This document shows, in pieces, positions 10,501 to 19,070 of a stretch of DNA of 64,000 bases. The stretch comes from an uncultured Clostridia bacterium (GTDB taxonomy: Bacteria; Bacillota; Clostridia; Christensenellales; UBA1242): contig CAKVHY010000002.1 of the NCBI GenBank assembly GCA_934754335.1, forward strand, positions 40,761 to 104,760. The letters are read 5' to 3'. The position numbers were made by a program, and so were the translations under genes. The notes below the pieces were generated by a model that was not told the origin of the DNA, made no database searches, and was given only the letters and a program-made list of their open reading frames with translations. The first letter of the stretch is position 1, and every line of letters starts with the position of its first letter.

Positions 10501-11031
10501 TTCATGGCTTGTTCTAAATCCATCAAAGAAATGCACAAAAGGAACGCTCGCTTTTAGTGTGGATAGGTGAGCAACAAGTGCCATATCCATTGCTTCTTGA
10601 ACTGAGTTTGAGCAAAGCATTGCCCAGCCAGTTTGTCTAACACTCATCACATCGGAATGGTCGCCAAAAATTGATAGGGCATGATAAGCAAGGGCTCTTG
10701 CCGAAACGTGCATAACGCAAGGTGTTAGTTCGCCCGCTATTTTATACATATTAGGAATCATTAAAAGCAAACCTTGGCTTGCTGTGAACGTGGTGGTTAA
10801 TGCTCCACCGCATAAAGAACCATGTAATGCTCCGCTTGCTCCTCCTTCGCTTTGCATTTCAACTATTTTCAAAGTGTTGCCAAAATTGTTTTTCTTTCCT
10901 TCTCCTGCCCATTGGTCGCAAACTTCAGCCATGGGGCTAGATGGAGTGATGGGATATATTGTGGCCGCATCGCTTAAAGCGTATGCGATTGTGGCGGTGG
11001 CAGTGTTGCCATCAACTGTTATCTTTTTCAA
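7525..11031 (-). CDS. nifJ: Pyruvate:ferredoxin (flavodoxin) oxidoreductase
   Basis: ~1170 aa. Ferredoxin motifs CIQCNMCAFVCPHA and CTGCGVCASVCP, TPP motif GGDGWAYDIGYGGLDH. The ORF extends to ATG 11064, but TTG at 11029-11031 has a perfect AAGGAG (11039-11044) 7 nt upstream and gives the canonical MKKITVDGN N-terminus. Confidence 0.93.
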   Translation of the reverse strand: MKKITVDGNTATATIAYALSDAATIYPITPSSPMAEVCDQWAGEGKKNNFGNTLKIVEMQSEGGASGALHGSLCGGALTTTFTASQGLLLMIPNMYKIAGELTPCVMHVSARALAYHALSIFGDHSDVMSVRQTGWAMLCSNSVQEAMDMALVAHLSTLKASVPFVHFFDGFRTSHEINTIEDIDMEQVKSIVPYDKIAEFKNRCLNSSNPHQQGTAQNPDIYFQNREACNKFYEATPTIVQETMNEVGKITGRNYHLFDYVGDPNAERVIVLMGSGAEIAELTVNHLNKTENAKLGVIKVRLYRPFDTKAFIEAIPSTCKSIAVLDRTKESGSDGEPLYKDVRCSLFDSKFKNITVVGGRFGLGSKEFTPSYCNTVFENLLEKEPKNHFTIGINDDVTNTSLKVSRQIHPSENVYECKFYGYGGDGTVSANKSSIKIIGNNTDLNGQAYFEYDSKKSGNATICHLRFGKSIIKESYLLDNIDFVSVHNQTYVKKYNILKNVKDNATLLLNTGWTIKEMENIFPNNFKRELALKNIKLYTIDAYKIAKELGLGNKINLVMQSAFFKLINILPYDLAVSEMKAFAKKSYGKFGEKVLEQNYKAIDSASSGLEQIEIPESWKDLKEDTIKTDSKELNKYYNEFIKPIESLDGDTLPVSAFDPRGIVPTGTTKFEKRGVAGELPCWESKNCIQCNMCAFVCPHACIRPHLVKKEDINNPPSSLQTLDATAEPMYKFVMQVSPKDCTGCGVCASVCPSKNKALEMKPASDMMETEEEKYNYISSLKSYKSNVFKPNSVKGSQFNTPYFEFSGACAGCGETPYIKVLSQLFGNRMVIANATGCSSIYGGSAPTCPYSKDENGNGIAWANSLFEDNAEFGLGIKLGLNINHEQLIERLETLKANSKNSKLNSKIDEYLNTNNVDNQRTLGKEILDEIEHDNSIDENVRKNIEILKDHFASNSVWIVGGDGWAYDIGYGGLDHVLASGENVNILVLNTEVYSNTGGQASKATPLGAVAKFASNGKRTNKKDLGLMATTYKDVYVAQVSMGANMNQFLTAITEAEAYNGVSLIIAYAPCINHGINMTNSQSEMKKAVDSGYWHLWRYNPTLKEMGKNPFILDSKEPTLDYEEFLLNESRYKSLKAKNPELAEKLFEEAKILAKERYEGYLKLSKDE

Positions 11032-11226
11032 TATTCTTCTCCTTAAATCAAATAGTTTAAACATGTTTTAAACAATTAAAAATGTCTATATTTAGTATAT
11101 TTTCCCATTAAAAAAATGTCAAACAAAAAGAGAATTGTTTTTAAACTAAAAAGTGTAATTTTGAAAAATAAAATCAAAACGTTTTTATTATTTTAGAAAA
11201 TGTTGTAAAATATACTTGGTGAAATT

Positions 11227-11946
11227 ATGAATATTTTATTAACAATTAGTTATTTGGGAAAGAATTATAATGGTTATCAAATTCAAAAGAATGGCAGTTC
11301 AATCCAAGAAGAGTTGGAAAAAGCACTATGTTCCATTGTTGGCAAAAAGATAAAAACAAGTGCTTCTGGAAGAACTGATGCATTTGTTTCCGCCATCAGG
11401 CAAACTGTTTCGTTTGAATTAGACGAGTTGCCTAAAAACTTAGATAAACGTTTGAATTTGGTGTTGCCAAGTGATATTAGAGCGTTATCCATAAAAGTGG
11501 AAGATGAAAACTTTCATGCAAGGTTTAGTGCTAAACGAAAAACTTATCTTTATAATTTTTATGCTTCAAACGTAAATATTCCATATTTAGATCAAATTGC
11601 TTTAAGGGTTAATGAAAGTATAGATATCGAAAAAATGAAAAAGCAGGTGATGTTTTTAATAGGTACATTTGATTTTTCAAGTTTTTGTGCTAGCGGAAGC
11701 AGTGTGGAAGATAAGGTTCGAACGATATACAATGCTAAGATTTTAGATAATGGATTATTTTATTCGTTAGAAATAACAGGCAATGGATTTCTTTATAATA
11801 TGGTTAGGATTATTATGGGAACGCTTATTGAAGTTGGCTATGGAAAGATTGATAGTTTAGAAAAAGTTATAAGTAGTAAATCTAGGGAGATGGCGGGAAA
11901 AACTGTTCCTCCAACTGGTTTAGTTTTAAAAGATGTTCAATATTAA
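11227..11946 (+). CDS. truA: tRNA pseudouridine(38-40) synthase
   Basis: SGRTDAFVSA (catalytic Asp motif), GNGFLYNMVRIIMG, PPTGLVL. Length 239 aa. Confidence 0.88.
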   Translation: MNILLTISYLGKNYNGYQIQKNGSSIQEELEKALCSIVGKKIKTSASGRTDAFVSAIRQTVSFELDELPKNLDKRLNLVLPSDIRALSIKVEDENFHARFSAKRKTYLYNFYASNVNIPYLDQIALRVNESIDIEKMKKQVMFLIGTFDFSSFCASGSSVEDKVRTIYNAKILDNGLFYSLEITGNGFLYNMVRIIMGTLIEVGYGKIDSLEKVISSKSREMAGKTVPPTGLVLKDVQY

Positions 11947-12000
11947 TTTGTTTTGTTTGCTTAAAGTTTGTTAATTTGTTATTATTTTATAGGAGATAAA

Positions 12001-12990
12001 ATGACTAGGGAAAGTAAAATTATAACAAGCGTAATAATTCTTGCTTTAATAGCGTTTGCAATAATTGCTATTATCTTTATTCCGCTTCCTGCTATTAGCA
12101 CTTATAATCAAGCACTAAGTGTGGCGGATTATAAAGAAAGAATGGGAATTACTTATGAAATTGAAGAGTTGGAAAAACTAGATAAATATGGTGAAGAATA
12201 TTCAAAATCTTTTAATTCTGTGGACCATATGCAAATTATAAATTCAAGGAAGAAAATGTTTGGCAATGGTGCAAGAGCAATAACTGTTGATGGTCAAACT
12301 TTTTATACTTATTTAACTTTAGATAAGATGTTAGATACTTCTTTAAATTATTTTGTGGCATTATCTAAATCTATTGAAGGTGCGTCTAGAAGCGAGCAAA
12401 GGCAAGTGGAACGTTTAGCCAGTTCATTTAAACTAGGGGCTTCAAACCTTGTAAATGCTATTGCTGATTTAAAAACTAGCCAAAAAAGTAACCTTGAAAG
12501 TGAAGACGATATAAAAATGCTTTCAAATAAATATGGGAGCGTTCAGAATAACTATAGAGAACTAATTAAAACTCAAGCAAATTTGATTATAAAACTAAAT
12601 GAATTAGTAAACAAACATTCGTTTAATGGAGAATATGTGGATACAACATATTCTGTTTTGCTAAGCAGTTTTGCTTATTCATTTAAAGAAAGTATGGAAA
12701 TGGAATTTCAGGCTGAGAATGGCTACTTACTAGATTCAAGTTTAATCTATGATAACATTGAAAAATATGTTGGTGGAACTAATATCTTTACAGCGGTTAG
12801 CGAGAGAGAATTTATCTATTCATATAGAAATATTTATAAAAATTATATCTCAGGGCTGGAAAAGATGTTTAAACTAACGCATAACATCAAATCTAATGTT
12901 GTGAATAGAGATGATTTTGCTAATTCAGATATAAAAACTGAATTTCAAAAAGATGTTAGAATTGTGCTAACTCAAATAGGAATTAAATAA
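12001..12990 (+). CDS. Hypothetical N-terminally TM-anchored, predominantly helical extracytoplasmic protein
   Basis: ATG 12001 is preceded by AGGAGA (the listed TTG 11968 has no SD). One TM (SKIITSVIILALIAFAIIAIIFI). I recognise no family motif. Confidence 0.7.
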   Translation: MTRESKIITSVIILALIAFAIIAIIFIPLPAISTYNQALSVADYKERMGITYEIEELEKLDKYGEEYSKSFNSVDHMQIINSRKKMFGNGARAITVDGQTFYTYLTLDKMLDTSLNYFVALSKSIEGASRSEQRQVERLASSFKLGASNLVNAIADLKTSQKSNLESEDDIKMLSNKYGSVQNNYRELIKTQANLIIKLNELVNKHSFNGEYVDTTYSVLLSSFAYSFKESMEMEFQAENGYLLDSSLIYDNIEKYVGGTNIFTAVSEREFIYSYRNIYKNYISGLEKMFKLTHNIKSNVVNRDDFANSDIKTEFQKDVRIVLTQIGIK

Positions 12991-13001
12991 GGGGGAATTG
13001 T

Positions 13002-14108
13002 ATGAAAAAAGTTGTTTCACTTATTTTAATAATTTGCTCTGCATTTTGCCTATTTGTTGCTTGTGGAAATCCTAATAAAACAATTGAGCAGGTTCAAAAT
13101 CGCTATCAAGAAATGGTCAACACATATAAAAAAGAGAATGTTGAGTATTTTGGCGATACTTCAGCCAACTTAAGTAAAACCATAGTAATTAAGTTTAATG
13201 AAGCGGAAGTACGGGCAAAAATTTCGTCTGAAAATTCAGACGATGTTAGTTTAAGATTTAGAGCGTTAAATGATATTCAGGCAAACTTGCTAAAGTATAT
13301 TTTCAGATATTATGAAAACTGGAATGAGTCGTTTTATAACAATCTAAAGAATTATGATTATGAGCAAAAAGAATTGAACACGTTGTTTGAAAAGATTGAA
13401 AATCTAGATAAAGCATTAGCAACTTTTAAAGAAATTAAAAATACATTTGAAGCAGACGTTGTTATGTTAAATGTTGAAGGCTCCGAAATTGCAATTGTAA
13501 ATCAGTTTGTTTATCAATATAACAAGGTGATTGAGAAAAGCATAGATTTCGTGGATTATTTTAGAGCCTTTCATTTGAAAACCATATTCGATGGAGAAGC
13601 AAAAATAACTAATGTAAATTCTGCTCAAAGATTGCTTGATGAAGCGTATCTAAATTTGGCAAAATATATCTATTATTCAAATATTGATGTTTATAACTAT
13701 TCAATCGGAAACAAGGGGATTTGCGACCAATTAGATTTAATGAAAAACAAGAGCAATAAGTTTGTGTTTATAAACTCATTAAGCCTAGGCTTATCTAATT
13801 TGGGTGCAAATATTACAAACGAACTTTGCCAAACTATCTTTGATGATGAACTAACAAATAAATTATCTAATATTGATTATAATAGTTCGCTATTCAAACA
13901 ATCTTTAAATATATATCTTAGTTTGAAAGATGAATTGGATTATTACACACTTTTAAGGGTGGAACTAGGATTAATTGAAGGAATTTCAATTAACGACTAT
14001 GTTGCAAATTTTGGAATTAGTGAAAGTGTGGCATATCAAAATAGAATGTATATGGTGGATTTCCTATATCCGGAATATTTGTCACTTATTAATGAATTAT
14101 TAAATTAA
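13002..14108 (+). CDS. Hypothetical lipoprotein, helical
   Basis: Signal peptide with lipobox-like LFVAC|GN. SD GGGGGA upstream. 11 nt after the previous stop. Terminator follows. Confidence 0.75.
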   Translation: MKKVVSLILIICSAFCLFVACGNPNKTIEQVQNRYQEMVNTYKKENVEYFGDTSANLSKTIVIKFNEAEVRAKISSENSDDVSLRFRALNDIQANLLKYIFRYYENWNESFYNNLKNYDYEQKELNTLFEKIENLDKALATFKEIKNTFEADVVMLNVEGSEIAIVNQFVYQYNKVIEKSIDFVDYFRAFHLKTIFDGEAKITNVNSAQRLLDEAYLNLAKYIYYSNIDVYNYSIGNKGICDQLDLMKNKSNKFVFINSLSLGLSNLGANITNELCQTIFDDELTNKLSNIDYNSSLFKQSLNIYLSLKDELDYYTLLRVELGLIEGISINDYVANFGISESVAYQNRMYMVDFLYPEYLSLINELLN

Positions 14109-14132
14109 TTATAATATATATCAAATAATATT

Positions 14133-14161
14133 AAAGAAACTTATTGACAAGTTTCTTTTTT
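14133..14161 (+). terminator. Rho-independent terminator after the lipoprotein gene
   Basis: AGAAACTT-ATTGAC-AAGTTTCT then T6. Confidence 0.75.
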
Positions 14162-14197
14162 ATGTTAAACTAATTAAAAAAAAAAGGGGAGATTAAT

Positions 14198-14773
14198 ATG
14201 TTTAACGAAAATGGTGCAAGTTTGGGCAGGATTCCAAACAAAGAGTTTATGGATTTAGTAATTGAGAAAAGAGTAGAGTGGCAAAACGATGTAAAAGCCA
14301 ATCTTTTTGGTGAGTATTTTGATGCATTTTTAGCGGATAAGGAAACTGCAATTTCAAGCATTTATACATTGAAATATGTGGGTACATATGATATGGATTC
14401 ATTAGATAGTGAAGAGAAAATATGTGTTATGCTAGATAGGATTAAGAGTTTTTTATCTAGAACAATTTTAGATGAAAGAGAATTTGAACATTCTCAAATG
14501 CCTGAAAGTATGGCGTTTGCATTGATGAGTCCAAGCGAGTTTGAACAAATGAGAGAGAAAAAGTCGGCAATCGAAACTTTATCTAAGGTGTATGCTGAAA
14601 ATTCGGAAATTATTGAGAATGCTAGTAATCTTGGCAGATTTAAGTTTACAACCTTTATGATGAATGATAATAAAGTTCTAAATGGTGAAAAGTTATCTGA
14701 GAGTGAACAGATACTAAATGATTGGGTTTTGTGTAATTTGAATGAAATTCAAGGCGAAAAGGAAGCCAATTAA
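14198..14773 (+). CDS. Hypothetical acidic cytoplasmic protein
   Basis: SD GGGGAG lies 7 nt before the ATG. No TM or signal peptide. No recognised motif. Confidence 0.65.
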   Translation: MFNENGASLGRIPNKEFMDLVIEKRVEWQNDVKANLFGEYFDAFLADKETAISSIYTLKYVGTYDMDSLDSEEKICVMLDRIKSFLSRTILDEREFEHSQMPESMAFALMSPSEFEQMREKKSAIETLSKVYAENSEIIENASNLGRFKFTTFMMNDNKVLNGEKLSESEQILNDWVLCNLNEIQGEKEAN

Positions 14774-14844
14774 TTAAAAAAAGAAGATGGCGGAAGGTTG
14801 AGATTAGTAAAATACAAAATTTAGTAAAATCTTGTAAAAAAGCC

Positions 14845-14873
14845 TTGACATCTTGCTATAATTATATTAAAAT
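14845..14873 (+). promoter_or_regulatory. Candidate sigma-A promoter of rplM-rpsI (TTGACA-17-TAAAAT)
   Basis: TTGACA 14845-14850, TAAAAT 14868-14873. Leaves a ~94-nt leader. Confidence 0.45.
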
Positions 14874-14973
14874 TAATTCGCGTGAAAAAATTATTGGTAA
14901 AAATATTGAATTAGCCCCTCAAGATTTGAAACAATAACAGATTTTCAATAACTGAAATTTAGGAGAAAATATA

Positions 14974-15417
14974 ATGAAAACTTTAATGGCAAAGAAAGAA
15001 ACTGTAACTAGAGAATGGTTATTAGTTGATGCTGCTGGACTACCTCTTGGTAGAGTTGCTAGTCAGGTTGCTTCAATCCTTAGAGGTAAACATAAACCTA
15101 TCTATACTCCACATGTTGATACTGGAGATTATGTTATAGTTATTAATACAGATAAAATGATTTTAACTGGTAATAAAGGAGTGCAAAAGAAATTCTATCG
15201 TTACTCTGGCTTCCCAGGCGGATTAAAAGAATTTGATTACAAAACTTTAATGGCAACTAAGAGCGATTTCGTTCTAGAAAAAGCAGTTAAGGGTATGTTA
15301 CCAAAGAACTCACTTGGAAAAGATATGGCAAGTAAGTTGAAAGTTTATAAGGGTTCTGAACATCCACATGAGGCTCAAAAACCTAGAAAAATATCTATTA
15401 AAGGAGATGTTAAATAA
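14974..15417 (+). CDS. rplM: 50S ribosomal protein L13
   Basis: [46 protein letters not shown] is the canonical L13 N-terminus. SD AGGAGA. Confidence 0.96.
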   Translation: MKTLMAKKETVTREWLLVDAAGLPLGRVASQVASILRGKHKPIYTPHVDTGDYVIVINTDKMILTGNKGVQKKFYRYSGFPGGLKEFDYKTLMATKSDFVLEKAVKGMLPKNSLGKDMASKLKVYKGSEHPHEAQKPRKISIKGDVK

Positions 15418-15860
15418 TGGCAGAAGAGAAAGCAGTTAAGAAATCAACTAAAAAAGTTCCTGCAAATAAAGCAGTTGTTTATTCTGCAACTGGTAGAAGA
15501 AAACAATCTATTGCAAGAGTTAGAATTATGCCAAATGGAAAAGGCATATTCGAAATCAATGGCAAACATATTGATGAATATTTCCCACTTGGAACTTTAA
15601 AACTTGTTGCTAAACAATCTTTAGAGTTAGTACAAGCAAGTGATAAGTTTGATGTTTATGTAAATGTTCATGGTGGCGGTTTGTCAGGACAAGCAGGTGC
15701 AATTCGTCATGCAATTTCTAGAGCATTAGTTAAGGCTGATGAAACTACAAAACCAGAAATTAAATCTGCAGGCTTCTTAACAAGAGATGCAAGAGTTAAA
15801 GAAAGAAAGAAATATGGTTTGAAAAAAGCAAGAAAAGCACCACAATTCAGAAAGAGATAA
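15417..15860 (+). CDS. rpsI: 30S ribosomal protein S9
   Basis: [11 protein letters not shown] and the C-terminal [12 protein letters not shown]. Overlaps the rplM stop by 1 nt (TAATG). Confidence 0.95.
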   Translation: MAEEKAVKKSTKKVPANKAVVYSATGRRKQSIARVRIMPNGKGIFEINGKHIDEYFPLGTLKLVAKQSLELVQASDKFDVYVNVHGGGLSGQAGAIRHAISRALVKADETTKPEIKSAGFLTRDARVKERKKYGLKKARKAPQFRKR

Positions 15861-15892
15861 AAAAAAATTTCCCGTTTGGGAAATTTTTTTTT
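15861..15892 (+). terminator. Rho-independent terminator after rpsI
   Basis: AAATTTCCC-GTTT-GGGAAATTT followed by a long T-run. Confidence 0.85.
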
Positions 15893-15961
15893 GTTTTTCC
15901 TATTGCTATTTTCTAATAATTTTGATAGACTTACATAATTTAAAAAAGTAAGGGGGATAGA

Positions 15962-17749
15962 ATGGAAAAAACAAAGACAAAATATTCTAAAAATCTTTAT
16001 AAAGTTTTTCCGTATTATAAAAGATATAAAAAGTTATGGGCGTTAGAAATCATAACATTGGTTTTGCTTTCAATCGTGGGAATTTTTACTCCTATAATTT
16101 CAGCAAATTTCTTAGCAAGTTTATCAACGCTTGATTTCCAAATGGCAATAACGCTTATAATCTATTCGGTTATTATCAATGTTATAAATCCGCTAATTAG
16201 TTATGTGAATGCTTATGTTTATGTTAAAGTTGCGTTTAAGGTGGAGCAAGATATAAGGTTTGATTTAATTAACGCTATAACCACAACTAAAATGAGCAAG
16301 TGTGACGAAACCAATAATGGAATTTTTATTGAAAGAATAAATAGCGACGTTGGAAGATGTTCTGATGCTTTACTAGATGTTTTTAACACAGTTTTGGAAA
16401 TAATTTCAAACACAGCGTTCTTTATTTATGTTGCATTTCTAAATATTTGGTTCTTTTTAATATTGCTTGGCTATGTTATAGTTTGTTTTGTTTTTGATAA
16501 CGAAAAAGAGAAAAAGTGGTGGAAAGATTGGAAAAAGATTAAAGATTTAAGAGAAATTTCCACTGGTGCATATGGTGAACAGGTTAGAGCATTAAGAGAT
16601 ATTAAAAGTTTGAATATTAGAGAAAATACAATTGCCGATAGCGATAGAAAGATTGAAAGCACATTAAATGAATCGTTAAAAGCAAGAAAAACAAGACGTA
16701 ATTATATCTTAATTAGAGATTTCGTTTCAATGTTGTTTTTAACTGGGTTCTTAGTTTTAGGCATATTCTTTATAAAGGAAGGGGTTGTACCACTATCTGT
16801 GTTCTTAATTGTTTATTCATATTCTGGAAATGCTAAGAATTTAGCACGCCACTTGGCTGCAATTAAAGAATATATAACTCAAGGTGAGATTTGTGCTTAT
16901 AGAGTATTTGAGGTTATTGAGAAATTCCCAAAAGAAGAATTTGGAGATAAAGATATAGAAGCAAAACATGGTGAACTAGAGTTTAAAGATGTAACGTTTG
17001 GATATAGCGAAGATAAGGAAGTTTTGCATAACGTTTCAATTAAGTTTGAAGCAAATAAAACAACTGCAATTGTTGGCCGAAGCGGTTGCGGAAAGAGTAC
17101 TATTTTATCTTTGTCTAATAAATTGTACTCGTTGAAAGAAAACTCAGGCGTTATTACAATTGACGGCGAAAATATAAATGATTTAACAGAAAAATCCTTA
17201 AGAAATTCAATTTCAACAGTTACTCAAACGCCATATATTTTCAATGCCACAATCAGAGAAAATATGCAATATATAAAGCCTGATGTAACCGATGAAGAGA
17301 TTGTAAAAACCCTTAAGAAAGCCCAAATTTATGATTTTGTTAAGGCTTTGCCTGAAGGACTAAATTCAAAGGTGGGCGAGAATGGCGTTATGCTTTCTGG
17401 CGGTCAAAAACAAAGATTTGCGATAGCGAGAATTTTGCTAAAAAATCCTAAAATAATTATTTTAGATGAAGCCACAAGTGCGCTTGATAATGAAAATCAG
17501 GAAAAAATCGTGGAAGTTGTTGATAATCTCAAAAATGACCATACAATAATCGTTGTGGCGCATAGATTATCTACAATTGTTGATGCAGACAAAATTGTGG
17601 TTATTGATAACGGAACAGTTGTGGGCGAAGGCACTCATAAGTATTTGATGAGAAATTGTCCGCTTTATAAGGCACTTTATAATAAGGAAGAGAAATCTCA
17701 ACTTCTAGAAGATGCAATTATCGAAACTAGTGAAGAGGTTTCAAAATAG
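15962..17749 (+). CDS. ABC exporter, fused permease/ATPase (MsbA/ABCB type)
   Basis: Six-TM N-terminal half. Walker A GRSGCGKST, signature LSGGQKQR, Walker B IIILDEATSALD, H-loop VAHRLST. Confidence 0.9.
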   Translation: MEKTKTKYSKNLYKVFPYYKRYKKLWALEIITLVLLSIVGIFTPIISANFLASLSTLDFQMAITLIIYSVIINVINPLISYVNAYVYVKVAFKVEQDIRFDLINAITTTKMSKCDETNNGIFIERINSDVGRCSDALLDVFNTVLEIISNTAFFIYVAFLNIWFFLILLGYVIVCFVFDNEKEKKWWKDWKKIKDLREISTGAYGEQVRALRDIKSLNIRENTIADSDRKIESTLNESLKARKTRRNYILIRDFVSMLFLTGFLVLGIFFIKEGVVPLSVFLIVYSYSGNAKNLARHLAAIKEYITQGEICAYRVFEVIEKFPKEEFGDKDIEAKHGELEFKDVTFGYSEDKEVLHNVSIKFEANKTTAIVGRSGCGKSTILSLSNKLYSLKENSGVITIDGENINDLTEKSLRNSISTVTQTPYIFNATIRENMQYIKPDVTDEEIVKTLKKAQIYDFVKALPEGLNSKVGENGVMLSGGQKQRFAIARILLKNPKIIILDEATSALDNENQEKIVEVVDNLKNDHTIIVVAHRLSTIVDADKIVVIDNGTVVGEGTHKYLMRNCPLYKALYNKEEKSQLLEDAIIETSEEVSK

Positions 17750-17760
17750 GGAAGAAAAAT

Positions 17761-17785
17761 AAAAAAGAGCATATCGCTCTTTTTT
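17761..17785. terminator. Bidirectional terminator between the ABC exporter and the XRE gene
   Basis: AAAAAAGAGC...GCTCTTTTTT. Confidence 0.65.
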
Positions 17786-17984
17786 ATTTGTAATAATCTT
17801 CAAAAAGGTCGTTGGGTGTGCATTCAAGAATATCGCATATGGCTTTTAAGTTGTCAAATTTAATTGCTGATGTTTTATTATTAACAATGTTGTTAAAATT
17901 TTGATAACTTAGCCCTAATTGATTGTATAACCAATATTTTGTTTTACCTTTTTGCTTTAAAATATCTAGAATCCTTAATTTCAT
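17784..17984 (-). CDS. XRE/Cro-family helix-turn-helix transcriptional regulator (YozG-like)
   Basis: KLRILDILKQKGKTKYWLYNQLGLSYQNFNNIVNNKTSAIKFDNLKAICDILECTPNDLF. ATG 17984 follows AGGTGA by 5 nt; the listed GTG 17993 lies inside that SD. Confidence 0.8.
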   Translation of the reverse strand: MKLRILDILKQKGKTKYWLYNQLGLSYQNFNNIVNNKTSAIKFDNLKAICDILECTPNDLFEDYYK

Positions 17985-18010
17985 ATATATCACCTACACA
18001 TTATATTATT

Positions 18011-18071
18011 TGTACATAATATCTTAATAATTCTCTTGACATATAGACTTTTGCATGATATAATGTGTACA
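18011..18071. promoter_or_regulatory. Two TGTACA-core palindromic sites (18011-18016, 18066-18071), candidate operators of the XRE regulator
   Basis: The sites are 55 bp apart. One lies upstream of -35, toward the divergent XRE gene. The other (AATGTGTACATT) lies at the predicted TSS. Confidence 0.35.
18036..18064 (+). promoter_or_regulatory. Candidate promoter of the TM2-domain gene (TTGACA-17-TGaTATAAT)
   Basis: TTGACA 18036-18041. Extended -10 with TG at 18056-18057 and TATAAT at 18059-18064. Confidence 0.55.
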
Positions 18072-18093
18072 TTAGATATAGGAGGAAACAAAA

Positions 18094-18408
18094 GTGTTTT
18101 GTAAAAATTGTGGAAAAGAAATAGATGATAACGCTTATGTGTGCTTGCATTGTGGTGCAAAAGTTGGTTCAGAATTATCAAATGGAATAGGTGTTAGCAA
18201 ATCAGGTAAATCAAAAGTTGCAGCAGGATTATTTGGTATTTTTTTAGGTGGCATTGGTGTCAATAACTTCTATCTTGGTAATATTGGTTTGGGTGTGGCT
18301 GATGTTTTATTTTCATGGACATTCATTCCATCAGTTATTAATTTTATTAGAGGTATTATTTATTTATGTGAAAGTGATGATAATTTTGAAAAGAGAGTTA
18401 TTAGATAA
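18094..18408 (+). CDS. Zinc-ribbon plus TM2-domain membrane protein
   Basis: CKNCGKEI...CLHCGAKV zinc ribbon, then AAGLFGIFLGGIGVNNFYLGNIGLGVADVLF (TM2-like). GTG start lies 8 nt after AGGAGG. Confidence 0.75.
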   Translation: MFCKNCGKEIDDNAYVCLHCGAKVGSELSNGIGVSKSGKSKVAAGLFGIFLGGIGVNNFYLGNIGLGVADVLFSWTFIPSVINFIRGIIYLCESDDNFEKRVIR

Positions 18409-18473
18409 TGGTGGATTTATATATCATTGCATTAGAAAAAGGTGTTTGCAAATTGCAAACACCTTTTTGCCAT

Positions 18474-18962
18474 TTAATTTCTTTCGTCTGTGATAATAAA
18501 TTTTGTGCCAGACGTGTTAGATAAAAGTAAATCTCTTAAGAAATAAGGTTCAATTTTAAATGCTCTTGCGTCATTCAATCCAAACCATTCAAAGTTTTGT
18601 TCTTTTATAACGCCTTTATCAACTTCAGTTATAGAAAACTTATCTTCTTTTGGTGCATTTTCAGCAGTTAGTAAGAAATAATAAGCGATTTCATGGCATA
18701 ATCTTTTCTTTGAATCAATGAAAATACTTTCATTAACGCAAAGCAATTTTTCAATTTTAACGTCAACTTTAACTTCTTCTTTCATTTCTCTTAAAATTGC
18801 TTTATGTGATGGTTCGCCAATTTCAACATGTCCACCGGGAACATGATAAACATTGTTGCTAGAAGACTTATTAAAAAGGTACTTGCCATCTCTTTCAATT
18901 ATTCCGCAAACTCTAAACTTAAACTTCTCTTTTGAATTAACAATTCCAATATCTGTTGCCAT
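18474..18962 (-). CDS. NUDIX hydrolase
   Basis: Nudix box GGHVEIGEPSHKAILREMKEEVKV. Confidence 0.85.
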   Translation of the reverse strand: MATDIGIVNSKEKFKFRVCGIIERDGKYLFNKSSSNNVYHVPGGHVEIGEPSHKAILREMKEEVKVDVKIEKLLCVNESIFIDSKKRLCHEIAYYFLLTAENAPKEDKFSITEVDKGVIKEQNFEWFGLNDARAFKIEPYFLRDLLLSNTSGTKFIITDERN

Positions 18963-19070
18963 AATTCCTCCTAATATAGATTAGATTATATCAAAAGAAT
19001 TTGTAAGATTAAAACAAAAAGTCGAAAAATGTTTAAATTTGTATAAATTTATGTTACAATACTAATTGTG

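Noticed and set aside
7986-11071. Six + strand ORFs (64-111 aa) inside the PFOR gene.
   Set aside because: Antisense shadow ORFs within an unambiguous 1170-aa conserved gene. The same reasoning applies to the other short antisense ORFs in the track (for example 4019-4321, 16219-16662, 33089-33722, 35351-35975, 46306-47096, 53394-53753, 62308-63828).
18248-18493. 81-aa + strand ORF overlapping the 3' half of the TM2-domain gene in another frame.
   Set aside because: It has no SD and is out of frame with a motif-supported gene. It also runs into the convergent NUDIX gene.
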